Of a DNA stretch of 64,000 nt, positions 29,311 through 41,088 are shown in pieces (the first letter of the stretch is position 1; every line of letters starts with the position of its first letter). Source of the DNA: Eledone cirrhosa (Eukaryota); contig OZ024742.1 of the NCBI GenBank assembly GCA_964016885.1, positions 103,292,001-103,356,000 on the forward strand, written 5' to 3'. A program made the translations under genes and the position numbers. The notes beneath the pieces were generated by a model. The model saw only the letters and a list, made by a program, of their open reading frames with translations. It was not told the DNA's origin and did no database searches.

Positions 29311-30578
29311 CGAGGGTCGGCTTAAAAGATCGTAGGCTGACCACGATATTCTTATAGAATGTGATCAAATGAGGTTTATTTTTCAATATAGCCCCTGTGC
29401 GGTCCACTCACGTCTTCGATCAGTGCTGCAGTGCTTGGATCCCATTGGTGAAGAAGCTTTCATCCTGTTCGTAAAAAAAAGTCATCAACAGCATATATGA
29501 CGTCATCATCACTGCGATACTGGGTCCCAGCCAAATGTTTTTAATGCTGGGAAACAGATAATAGTAAGATGGGGGGTGAAATCATGAAAATAGGGAGAGT
29601 GACCAACTAATTCAAAGCCACAGTCACGCACAGCAGCCATTGAAACCAAGGACTTGTGTGCTGGAGCATTGTCCTGATGAAACAAAACCCCCTTTTGTCA
29701 GTTTTCCTGGGAGTTTGGTCTTGAAAGCCTTTCATAACAGCTTCAGCAAATTAGCATAGTACTCTCCATTGATGGTGTGGCTTTTTTGAAGATAGTCCAT
29801 AAACAATATCTTTTGCATCTCCTAAAATTGAAGCCATCAGCTACCATGCAGATAAAATGATCTAGGCCTTCTTTAGAGCAAGTGAGGAGGGCTGTTTTCA
29901 CTGCATGGTTGTCTCTTTATCTCTGTCTCAAAGTGATGAACCCAACACTCATCCTGCATTAAGAAACGTTCATGGAAACCAACTGGATCTGCCTCAAATA
30001 AAGTCAGATTTTCCCGTGATGTGATCAGTCTGGTGCACTTTTGATCAGGTGTCAGAAGACATGGCACTTACCGATCAGAAAACTTTGTCATGCCAAACAC
30101 ATTGGGCAGAATATCTCAACTCTCACGGAATATACTAAAAGCAAAACATTGACTATTTGATTTATTGATAATTGCCTGTCGCTCATCACCATATGGAAAA
30201 CACGCTCAATGTTTTCCTCGTTGGTGTAGTTGCAGGACGTCCAGACCTTGGGTCATATTCAAAACTCTCCCTTCCCCTCCTAAATTCAGCTGCCCATGTC
30301 ATCCATTAATGTAGCTACCATGTCAATACGAATGTCCTTGTGGGCTAAACCCTTTTTCTGCAGGTACTTGATAATATCACAATGACAAATTTTGTCAATT
30401 TTCAAGAGTTGTCGCTACTAGTTACCTTTGAAATCTTCTTTGCACAGTCAGATGCCAGTTTACCTGGAAAGAAACAATGCAGTTATTAATAAGAAGTGTT
30501 GAATTAATGCAAGCAAGATTTCACAGCTCTAGCATCACACCATCATAGTCAGCCTATGAACTTTTCAGCCCACCCTCG
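29311..30578 (-). mobile_element. Full-length degenerate mariner transposon (irritans-like)
   Basis: TA target duplication. TIRs are cgagggtcggcttaaaagatcgtaggctga / tcagcctatgaacttttcagcccaccctcg. Length is about 1.27 kb. Minus-strand remnants include IIKYLQKKG, DPRSGRP, LTPDQK, QDECWVHHF and HQDNAPAH. Confidence 0.9.
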
Positions 30579-30580
30579 TA

Positions 30581-31150
30581 AAAGCATTACATAGAATTTT
30601 GACAAGGTCATAACATTCCACTTTCATGAACACCTCCATGCAATCCAGGAACAAGAAATCCTCACAAAGTACCTACTGCACAAATGAGGAATATTTTCGG
30701 GTGACAGTAAATGTAGGCTGTGCAAAATAGACTGAAAATGTTAGTCATATTATTGCCAACTGTGAGAGAATATCTTCTCGTTAATTCCTTCATTTGAGAT
30801 ATGATGTCATAGCCAGAACAATGTGTAATGCACTAAGGAAGACAAACATAACAATAAACAGGATTGAATATATAGAGACTGATGGGTCGAAGGAATATCG
30901 GTAGTACCTAAAAATAAAAACCATTACCAGATTAAGACACAACTGGCCTGATATTGTTCTTTGGGACCACAGATTGAAAACTTGCCCTGTTGTCGAAGTT
31001 AGCTGCCCACTAGTTGTCAATATGGCAAGGAAGATACAAAAGAAGGTGGATATCTACGTGACATTGATGAGGGCGGGTTGTAGATCCAGTACCTAAAATA
31101 CACGTTCAGTTTCATACCTATTATTATTGTAGATTCAGGATATATACCAA
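30581..31150 (+). mobile_element. Old R4/Dong-like LINE fragment (its upstream part at about 29020-29308 is split off by the mariner)
   Basis: KCRLCK..ENVSHIIANC and HNWPDIVLWD..VVEVSCP. Homologous to 31950-32390. Confidence 0.7.
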
Positions 31151-31245
31151 CATTACAGGACCAAAGTATGACTGAACGTGGATGCTTGGAGAAAGAAGCA
31201 AAACATACATACATACATACATACATACATACATACATACATACA

Positions 31246-31274
<29 letters not shown>

Positions 31275-31276
<2 letters not shown>

Positions 31277-32585
31277 GAGAATATATCCTGTAATGGTATT
31301 TGTAATAAGGAAAGCGTAACCAGGGAATATTACACCCGATTAAGAAAAATATGGTCATCGGAACTCTCTGCGCCCAATGAAACAGTGGTTCACAATGTGT
31401 TTGCTTTGCCTGTCCTAACACCAACTTTTGGAATACTCGATTGACGATAGACGAAATCCGAGCAATTGATGTTATAACTCGAAAAACTCTAAACAACATC
31501 AGAACTTCCACAGCAACAGTGACATAGACCGCCTCTACTTGAAACGTAAGCAGGAAGGCAGAGGCCTAACACATGTCTAGACAGCGTTTGAGTGTCGCAT
31601 TATATCCTTCCGACAAGATTTACGAACCTCGACGCGTAGGAGCCCATCTATTGAGCAAGTCTATCTGCATGAAACAGATAAGATCATGAGAGTTGGGAAG
31701 GAACTCCTTGAAAGATACTCCCTGTATGATAATCAAAAACTCACACCCAGGAAAATTACCCAGCAGTACCGCAGTTAAACCATGGATGAAAAACTGCATG
31801 CTTATCAGCAAAAAATCATGCATGGATATGTTGCCAGGAAGCTCCAAAGTGAGAGTAATATAGATAAAAAAAAGTAGTCTATCTTGGACCAACAACCGCT
31901 ATACTATCTCCCACTTTGAAGGATACGTTTTTGCAATCCAAGAACAGGAAATCAACACAAAATACCTGATTCACAAAAGAGATAGGGATGCAAGCAAAAC
32001 ACCTAGAAGTGACAAGTGCAGGCTCTGCAAAATTAACATCGAAGATGTCACCCATGTCATAAGCAGCTGTCCAAAGATGTCACCACGGTACTATTTACCT
32101 GTGAGGCATGATGTAGTGGCCAAAACACTGTACAATGCAATCCGTAGAAAAGATAACCCCGACAATAAACACATTAAAAGCTACAGCAATGTGGAAGACA
32201 TACATATACATAATATGAAAGAGTACTGGTGGAATGTTCCAATAAAAACCCCAATAAAATGCAGGCATAACAGACCAGATATAATGATATGGGACAGGGA
32301 AAAGAAGGCATGCACAGTAGTGGAAGTTAGCTGCCCAGTGGATGCCTATATATTAAAGATTAGCGAAAAGGAGAATATCTATGCAGAAGCACATGCACAC
32401 ATATAACTCAAAACATCCACATCCACAGATACAATAACATCCATACCTGCACATATGCATGCATGCAGACATGCAGACATATCTACCTAGCTGATGTGTT
32501 AATTCCAATGAGAGAGTCTTGTAACTATGTTAGAAACTTACTCTCTCTCTATTGGTAAACATTTGTGAAATTATAAACCTAGAAC
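31275..32585 (+). mobile_element. 5'-truncated R4/Dong-clade non-LTR retrotransposon (post-RT domain, CCHC, restriction-like endonuclease) inserted in (TACA)n
   Basis: RLRKIWSSELSA, NFHSNSDIDRLYLKR..GRGL, AIQEQEI.TK, KCRLCK..EDVTHVISSC, RHDVVAK, HNRPDIMIWD..VVEVSCP and EKENIY. (TACA)n lies at 31203-31272 and 32586-32627. Confidence 0.85.
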
Positions 32586-34245
32586 ATACATACATACATA
32601 CATACATACATACATACATACATACATGATGGCTGCCCCCCTCGTTATCGAGTATGGTCATTGCACGATATACCATTATTAATAATTATTAATTAATTAT
32701 ATCGTGCAATGCCTGTGCGTGAAGATATTTTTTAAAGTGAGGAAAGACTGTGCACTGAGCCAATCCCACTCTCTGAACGACAAGAAAAAAAAAAGAAAAG
32801 ATCAACATCATCGGTAACTATTGAGACGCAGGTTTTATATCGGAGTTATCCCAGTTTCCTGAGTTGCCATCTCCTAGAAGAATGCCATGACAAAGACTAG
32901 GGGTCCTTCACTCCACGCGATCAGGTATCCAGCCCGACTATTTCTATGTCACCGCACATATACATACACATGCACCCATGTATATACATATATACATATA
33001 CACACATATATGTGTATATACATATTTACACATTCTTGGATGACCGTTGACTCTTATGAGTTCTTCGGCCCTTTGTCAGGTTTTGTTTTTTGTCCTGCAG
33101 GGTATCCAAAATCACCCTCCTCCCCAAGTAAACTTGGTGAGGTTGCCGGTTTAGTCGCCGACGAACCGACCATGCGACAGGTTGTACTGGGTACATACAA
33201 GCATACATACATTCATATATACATACATGCATACATACATATATGCATACATACATACATGGTGGCTGCCAACTCGTTTTCGAGTACGGCCACTACTTTA
33301 TATCCATGTAGGAGAACCCCTACCGATGCGCTGAACAAGTGTGACTTTTTAGTCCAGCCAGCGACTTGAAAACTCTGGTACAAACACTACACTTGTGACA
33401 ACTATTGACACATAGTGCTGGGCCCATGGTACCATGTGACGACAAGTGCAGAGAGATCTCCAGATATAAAGCAATGCCTGTGCCGTGAAGCTTTTATAGT
33501 GAGTAAAGGCACTGCACAAAGCCAGTCCCACTCTCTTAACCAAGATGATATTTACCAAAAAGAAGAACAAGTCAACATCATTGGATACCACCAGGGTTGC
33601 AGGTGTTATATCAGAGTTTTCCTTCTCCTAGAATTCTGCCTTGACAAAGACTAAAGGGTCATCTCTCATACATACATACATACAGACAGACAGACAGATA
33701 GAAAGCTTCAGAGTGAGAGTAATACAGGTAAGCAAAGTAGTCTATCTCGGATCAACAACCAGTATATTGGTTCTCACTTTGAAGGATATGTTTTTGCAAT
33801 CCAATAACAGGAAACAACGGCCGTGATCCCGCGAATGACTCCGCAAACAGGCGTCGTTCCTACATACTGTTACACACGAGGCTCCTGGATAGTCCTGTTG
33901 TAAATACGAATTTGCACTTCAGAGTGGATACAATACATATTACATAGCGGATAAACGGATTTGCGTGGGAACACAAAATATGCTCCGAACTGTATACAGT
34001 TTCATTTTATGTATTGAGTGCAGCTGGTACATTAGCAAAATACCGCCGACACAGACCACGTGTTCATTAAAAAAAATTTCGAGAAAAGTCACGTAGCCCG
34101 GACCGATGGAGTAAGATCTCAGCAGAGTTAAGTCCTGAATTCTATCAGTGGAATCTGTTCATGATACGAGCAGAACCAAAGTTAACCCCACTGTAGTAGT
34201 AGTAGTAGCTCAGGGTGTTGCAGCATCACGCGACCTTATAAGGAG

Positions 34246-34334
<89 letters not shown>

Positions 34335-34365
34335 AAGAATCAAAGAACTGTTCAAAACATTATTG

Positions 34366-34412
34366 TGCTTACAGCTGTTTCCTCCAAACCGAGGTTTGGA
34401 TTCTTCGGAGCA
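34366..34412 (-). ncRNA. Minimal type I hammerhead (family F, left arm)
   Basis: Reverse complement of 35412-35458. Confidence 0.65.
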
Positions 34413-35411
34413 ATTTATTAATGCATGGACAGTTATATGACCTCCTTTTCAGCCGAGAGACATACCGATACATATTCAAACATTGATACATATTCAAACA
34501 TTGTGGGTCAACATTCATTACAGAATTTAGAGTGGCAGTACACACTTCGAGATTACATTTATATTAAGAGGTACAATCAAAAATCAAAAATACAGGTTAA
34601 AATACAACATGAAGATAAGCGGTTATATAGTGCAAATGTTATATGTGTGGCACGCATGTGCGTCTTGTTTATATAGTGTGGCAGAGAGATATGTGTGGTA
34701 GAGGCACTTAGGTAGGTAAACAACAGTGTTAGGTTGGTAGATCTGGTGGCAAATTCTTTATATGATTGATATAGTCTGTGTGTGGAGAAATGTTATAAGC
34801 ATTAAAAATAGTGCAAGCATTAAAAGTGTTAAAAGTATTGGAGATGCACAGCGAAGGGATGTCAAGTATTTCATGTACTTCGACATTTTCATGGTCAGGG
34901 GAGTGTATTTTTTGATTATATGCCCCTCACATAATCCACGACAATTCGATATTGAACTAAAGAACACCAGACTACGATCTCTAAATGGATTGTCAAACGC
35001 TCAATATCGAATTGTCGTGGATTATGTGAGGGGCATATAATCGAAAAATACACTCCCCTGACCATGAAAATGTCGAAGTACATGAAATACTTGACATCCC
35101 TTCGCTGTGTATCTCCAATACTTTTAACACTTTTAATGCTTGCACTATTTTTAATGCTTATAACATTTCTCCACACACAGACTATATCAATCATATAAAG
35201 AATTTGCCACCAGATCTACCAACCTAACACTGTTGTTTACCTACCTAAGTGCCTCTACCACACATATCTCTCTGCCACACTATATAAACAAGACGCACAT
35301 GCGTGCCACACATATAACATTTGCACTATATAACCGCTTATCTTCATGTTGTATTTTAACCTGTATTTTTGATTTTTGATTGTACCTCTTAATGTCCATG
35401 CATTAATAAAT

Positions 35412-35458
35412 TGCTCCGAAGAATCCAAACCTCGGTTTGGAGGAAACAGCTGTAAGCA
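35412..35458 (+). ncRNA. Minimal type I hammerhead (family F, right arm), U4C core variant
   Basis: tgct-CCGAAGA-a tccaaac ctcg gtttgga g-GAAAC-agct-GTA-agca, with palindromic stem III ACAGCTGT. Confidence 0.65.
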
Positions 35459-35632
35459 CAATAATGTTTTGAACAGTTCTTTGTAAATCATCTGATGTTT
35501 TTACATTGAGCTACTTAACTTACTGGTAATAAGGTAGTAATACATTACTGCCTACCACTATTTAGGGTGTGTGTAAAATACTTATAACTGCATAAGGTTT
35601 TGTATTTACATAACCATAAATAGTATAACTAA

Positions 35633-35671
<39 letters not shown>

Positions 35672-35674
<3 letters not shown>

Positions 35675-35850
35675 GATATATTAACAAATGGAAACTATAT
35701 TTATAAAACCATATTTATTTCAAGGACAGCAAGTTAAATTATGGTGTGCTTTCATCAGATAAAATATAATATAGAGCAGTTTTATAAATAAATATTGACA
35801 TACCCTTAAAGAATGCGACCATTTCTGTTGGAAGCTCCCGGATAGAACTT
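35672..35850 (-). repeat. Family G copy (HHR-bearing, cleavage region deleted)
   Basis: Homologous to 37580-37760. Lacks atgtataatgaaat between two gaaat direct repeats. Confidence 0.6.
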
Positions 35851-35852
35851 CT

Positions 35853-35924
<72 letters not shown>

Positions 35925-35931
35925 GAACTTC

Positions 35932-35992
<61 letters not shown>

Positions 35993-35997
<5 letters not shown>

Positions 35998-36147
35998 AAA
36001 AAGGCAGGATCACAACGGTTGAGCTCCCGACGGTTGAGCTCCAGCCGTTTCGACAGCTAGATCCAACTGACTTTTTCCTATTACCCACTCTACTATCCTA
36101 AGTTTCGAGTACTCTGGTGTGTTATGGTCCACACTTTCTTTGTTTTA
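35993..36147. mobile_element. Short inverted-pair copy of family D between TA tracts
   Basis: The left part matches 19925-19975 (gagctc..gccgtttcgac). The right part matches 20588-20650 (cctattacccactctact..gttatggtccac). Confidence 0.6.
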
Positions 36148-36168
36148 TATATATATATATATATATAT

Positions 36169-36274
<106 letters not shown>

Positions 36275-36728
36275 CGTGCTTCTTTGTTTTTGCTGAAGCT
36301 AGGTATGTGACTATAGTCGCTACCTTAAATTCATAGCGAAAGGCCTTCGAAATGTTTTTACATAAACATAGTATATTATGAAATATACAATACGCACATC
36401 CATATATACAAGAAAGGAAAATGATGCTGCATAATGAAGATACATGTTAGTTAAATACTTGATATTTTAGGAAAAGAGTCTGTATGTTTCGGACATAAAT
36501 CCTTCATCAGAAGAGAGAATGAGAAATGAAAGAAGAAGAAGAAGAAAATAGAAATCATATTTTTTGCAGAAGGAAAGGATTATATATATATAGAGAGAGA
36601 GAGTGAGAGAGAGTGGGGGAGAGAAAGAGAGAGAGAGAGAGAGAAAGAAAGAAATAGATATATAGACAGTGTTATGTTCATATCCACAAAGGTCGGTGCC
36701 CGGGAATAATAAAGTTACAAATATAACA

Positions 36729-36760
<32 letters not shown>

Positions 36761-37183
36761 GTATACATACTGACTGAGAGAAATACGCATTCATTTAAAC
36801 ACACACATGCACACACACGCACACAGCCGCATAACGCCCTGACATAGATTGACTTATTATTATGAAAAATACTCAGTTTATGTATATACACACATTCATG
36901 AAATGACAAATATGTGCAAACAATTGTCACAGTATACAAATATATACACTCGTTTATCAATGTTTATTGGAAACTGCACACGCATTCGTCGACCTTTATT
37001 TTATATTTTATACACACATTTCTTGACATACATACCGCGTTTATACAAACACGTTTACTTACGTGTCCGTCTGTCTGTATATATATACATATTGTCCCCC
37101 ACCTACCCCCCACTCTCCTGAGCGTGAAATTAATAAACATTTATTGTACTGCCTCTCTGTTTTGTCCCTGTTCAAATTTTTCC

Positions 37184-37228
<45 letters not shown>

Positions 37229-37511
37229 GTAAAAAATGAAACGAAATTTCATTTCCCACTCTTAGTACGGCTAATAGGCTTGAAACTAGTACAGCGTTCA
37301 TTTGTCAGTGTTGAACAAACGAACAACGATGGTTGCTAGACACTACGGCTTAATACGGGATGTTTGTTTACAAACACACCGAGCATTATAATAAATGTTC
37401 GGTGAATCCATACGTACATATATATATATGTGTGTATGTATGTATATATATCTACATACTACTGTACGTCTGTATACATATATGTATGTACGTGTACATA
37501 CTTATATATAC

Positions 37512-37846
37512 AATATATTAACAAATGGAAACTATATTTATAAAACCATATTTATTTCATTATACATATTTCAAGGAGATTCCAACCAGAATGGTTGCAT
37601 TTTTTAAGGGTATGTCAATATTTATTTATTTATAAAACTAACCTATATTATATTTTATCTGATGAAAGCGCACCATAGTTTGCTCTGGTGGCCCTTGAAA
37701 TATGTATAATGAAATAAATATGGTTTTATAAATATAGTTTCCATTTGTTAATATATCGTATATTTACTCCAATAATTTGTTGAGTGCTTTATATCAGTTA
37801 TAAAAATATTTAGCTTGTTGTATCCCAACAAATTAAATATAACCTC

Positions 37847-37850
<4 letters not shown>
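37512..37850. mobile_element. Inverted pair with an HHR motif (family G) ending in TA
   Basis: 37513-37576 is the reverse complement of about 37693-37756. CTGATGA-aagcg cacca..tggtg gccctt-GAAATATGTA lies at 37659-37706. Confidence 0.65.
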
Positions 37851-37889
<39 letters not shown>

Positions 37890-37890
37890 G

Positions 37891-37926
<36 letters not shown>

Positions 37927-38410
37927 AAGCTTCGTTAATGCTGTACTAAAATGTGTATATATATATATATACAAATTTTAGTACAGCATTAACGAAGCTT
38001 TAATTTGCGGCCAAGCTAACGAATGCAAAGTACGACAGCTTAGCAAATCAAATATAGCGATCGGTAGTCCAGCCGCATTACCACAGCAACGAAAATGGTT
38101 GGACTCAGGAAAAGATTTTAGACTATGTATATATATATATATATGTATGTATATATATATATATATACATGAAGGATCGATCGACTTTCGTCAAATCGGA
38201 CCGAGGAAACAATGTTTCCGTTGGTCTTTCCAGTTGCTAGTACTATCTACCGGTCGCAACTCCAGGTAGAAGGAGCAACGTGAAATAAAGTGTCTTGCTC
38301 AAGGACATAACGCATCGCCCGGTCCAGGAATCGAACTCACAACCTCAACATTGTGAATCCAATTCTCTAACCACTCAGCTACACGCCTTCATATATACAT
38401 ATACATATAT

Positions 38411-38929
38411 ATAAACTGAAAAAATGAAACGAAATTTCATTTCTCACTCTTAGTACGGCTGTTACTTAAATATAAGTATGTACACGTACATACATATATG
38501 TATACAGACGTACAGTAGTATATATATATATATACATACATGCACACATATATATATGTACGTATGGATTCACCAAACATTTATTATAATGCTCGGTGTG
38601 TTTGTAAACAAACATCCCGTATTAAGCCGTAGTGTCCAGTAACCATCGTTGTTCATTTGTTCAATACTGATAAAGGAACGCTGTACTAGTTTCAAGCTTA
38701 TTAGCTATCGTCAGCAACGTATACCTTCCTGCTAGATGATTGAACGTCTGAAAGTATATACTTTCCTTATGCATATTAACGGCTGAGCAGCCTAATTTGC
38801 ATATCGAGTGAATTAATCGGCCAGGGTACCGAAAACGATAAACGGAAAAAATGAAACGAAATTTCATTTCTCACTCTTAGTACGGCTGTTACTTAAATAT
38901 AAGTATGTATACGTACATACATATATGTA
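38411..38929 (-). mobile_element. Candidate non-LTR retrozyme: 427-bp non-coding unit plus about 92-bp terminal direct repeat, with one HHR (family H)
   Basis: 38411-38502 repeats at 38838-38929 (offset 427). An HHR lies at 38678-38720, the 3' end is in (TA)n, and there is no credible ORF. An inverted partial copy lies at 37225-37510. Confidence 0.7.
38678..38720 (-). ncRNA. Minimal type I hammerhead ribozyme (family H), canonical core
   Basis: Minus strand: acgttg-CTGACGA-t agc taataa gct t-GAAAC-ta-GTA-cagcgt. Stem I is 6 bp with one G.U pair, stem III is palindromic (ACTAGT), and the triplet is GUA. Confidence 0.8.
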
Positions 38930-39885
38930 CTAGACATGAAAAATGCGCAAGCTCAAAAGTGCCACAGAATGTTATAATAAACCTTCAAAAGTGTGGGACT
39001 AGAGTTGTTGCTAAAAAATATTGTAATCATTATATATCGTACATTCTGTGGCATCCTTTATAAAAATAGCTTAAACCAACGAAGCCTTTATTTTTACGCT
39101 ATTTCACTTAGTTAATTCTTAGAGTGTAACATATAAAAATATGATTTACAACTATAAAATAAATTAATTAATATAATAACAGAGCTGCGGAGCTGAAATT
39201 TAGGAAATAATGGAGTATCGGATCCTGAGTTGGAGCCAGTCAATTTTTGACCGACTCCGCAGCCCTGTATAATACATTTCATATTAAAGTTATTAATAAA
39301 CCTATTTTACACTTCATGCAAATTACCACGAGATATTGATATTAGATATAAGATACAGCGCAATATCTACAGCTGTAAAAGTACGAAAGCGAAGTAATAA
39401 TAAGTGGCTTAAGGTAATTCCAATATGAAAGTTTGTAGTGATAAAAATTTGATAATGCAATACGATTGTTAATATTATAGTTCTATGAAAATGTAACAAT
39501 AGATAACTAAATTATTTTACTATTAGTATATTTAAGAAATTATCATTATAGATTTGATCGTTCATATAAGCATCATATTAAGTTTCAACACAATTATTTT
39601 GTTACTATGAGTATATGATAATAATATTACGTAATTATTTATAGCTGTTATTACATTAAACATAGATGTATTTATTTTTATATGTTACACTCTAAGAATT
39701 AACTAAGTGAAATAGCGTAAAAATAAAGGCTTCGTTGGTTTAAGCTATTTTTATAAAGGATGCCACAGAATGTACGATATATAATGATTACAATATTTTT
39801 TAGCAACAACTCTAGTCCCACACTTTTGAAGGTTTATTATAACATTCTGTGGCACTTTTGAGCTTGCGCATTTTTCATGTCTAGT
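38929..39885. repeat. 213-bp inverted repeats enclosing an AT-rich spacer (foldback-like or inverted duplication)
   Basis: 38929-39141 appears to be an exact reverse complement of 39673-39885. Confidence 0.85.
39180..39267. mobile_element. Tiny hAT-like MITE
   Basis: TIRs cagagctgcggag / ctccgcagccctg. Flanks tataataa / tataatac give an 8-bp TSD with one mismatch. Confidence 0.6.
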
Positions 39886-40999
39886 TTAATATTTTTTTAA
39901 GGCAACGCTTGTAATAACTCTAGTTAAACAGGATATATATTAATAATAAATTATCGTTGTAATGTAATTAGATTATGTAATTGTTATTATAAATTATCTT
40001 ATAAATATTAGTGTAAGATGTATAAAAATATTTTCAGACTTTTAATATAAACAACTACAAAAAACAATCAATATTAAATCAATATATTATACATAATAGA
40101 AAACATAAAATATACAATACAAAAACAAAATATTTACATACATTTGCAATTATCAGTGTATATACATTTTCTTTATATTCCCTGAGCAAATTAATAAGAT
40201 TTGTTTTTATTGTACATAATTTGATGACTTGTTGGAGTGTATTAAAAGATAGCAACAATTTGTGATTAAATTGTTATCTTAAGCAACTCACTTTTTAATA
40301 GTTGTTGGCTGAGCGAAATTGTAAAAGCCTATGAGCAAATATAAAAAAAAATACACAAACAACATTTCCTTGTGTTATTACAACATTAGATAAAATAATT
40401 GAGCAATGTCGTTATATTTTGCTCTTATTGCACATTAATAGTGTTTCTATTTTTCGGCACAAATCCATTACGGCAGTCCATTACTGGTACTTTATTTTAT
40501 CGAATTAGTAAGTATGAAAGTCGAAGTTAACCTCGGCAGGATTTGAACTTAGAATGCAAAGGACCATAACAATACTGCAAAGCATGGTGTCTGACGCTCT
40601 ACCAATACTTGTGTTGAGCTGGTCATTAATTTATGGTGGTCGTGCGTGAAGTAGAGCAATCGCTAGTTGAAATATTATGAACAAAACATTTTTATTTGCC
40701 GAAGAACATATTTTCAATACTGTTTGTGAATGTGACGAAGGAAATACATTCTGATATGGAACAGTGTACAAAGTGTGTCTGTGAATAACATAATGTTACC
40801 TCATGTTGTTGTCAAGACATAATGGATTTCGTTTATCCAGTTAGAAGATGAAACCTAGCCATCTCGGATTAGTTATATTTCATGCCATGTGTAAACGTGT
40901 TTGAGGATAGCAAAATATGCGCGTTAATTATAATAATTAGTTAATAATATTACAAAATATACCTAATTAAACTCTTTGCTTGAAATTTTATCATTCTTC

Positions 41000-41088
<89 letters not shown>

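Larger units (their letters stand above)
34328..35640. mobile_element. Large head-to-head inverted pair of HHR-bearing PLE-type 3' ends (family F) in (TA)n
   Basis: 34341-34953 is the reverse complement of 35002-35483, except for about 135 bp missing from the right arm. There is a spacer of about 48 bp and TA tracts on both sides. Confidence 0.8.

Noticed and set aside
32628-32900. HDV-like ribozyme at the start of the TACA-anchored repeat
   Set aside because: I could not build the P1/P2/P3 nested pseudoknot by eye. A structure-descriptor search is needed.
36476-36515. HHR-like motif on the minus strand (CTGATGA-a gga tttatg tcc-GAAACATAC)
   Set aside because: The UH cleavage site and stem I are not intact. 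At best a decayed ribozyme, so it is not called as a feature.
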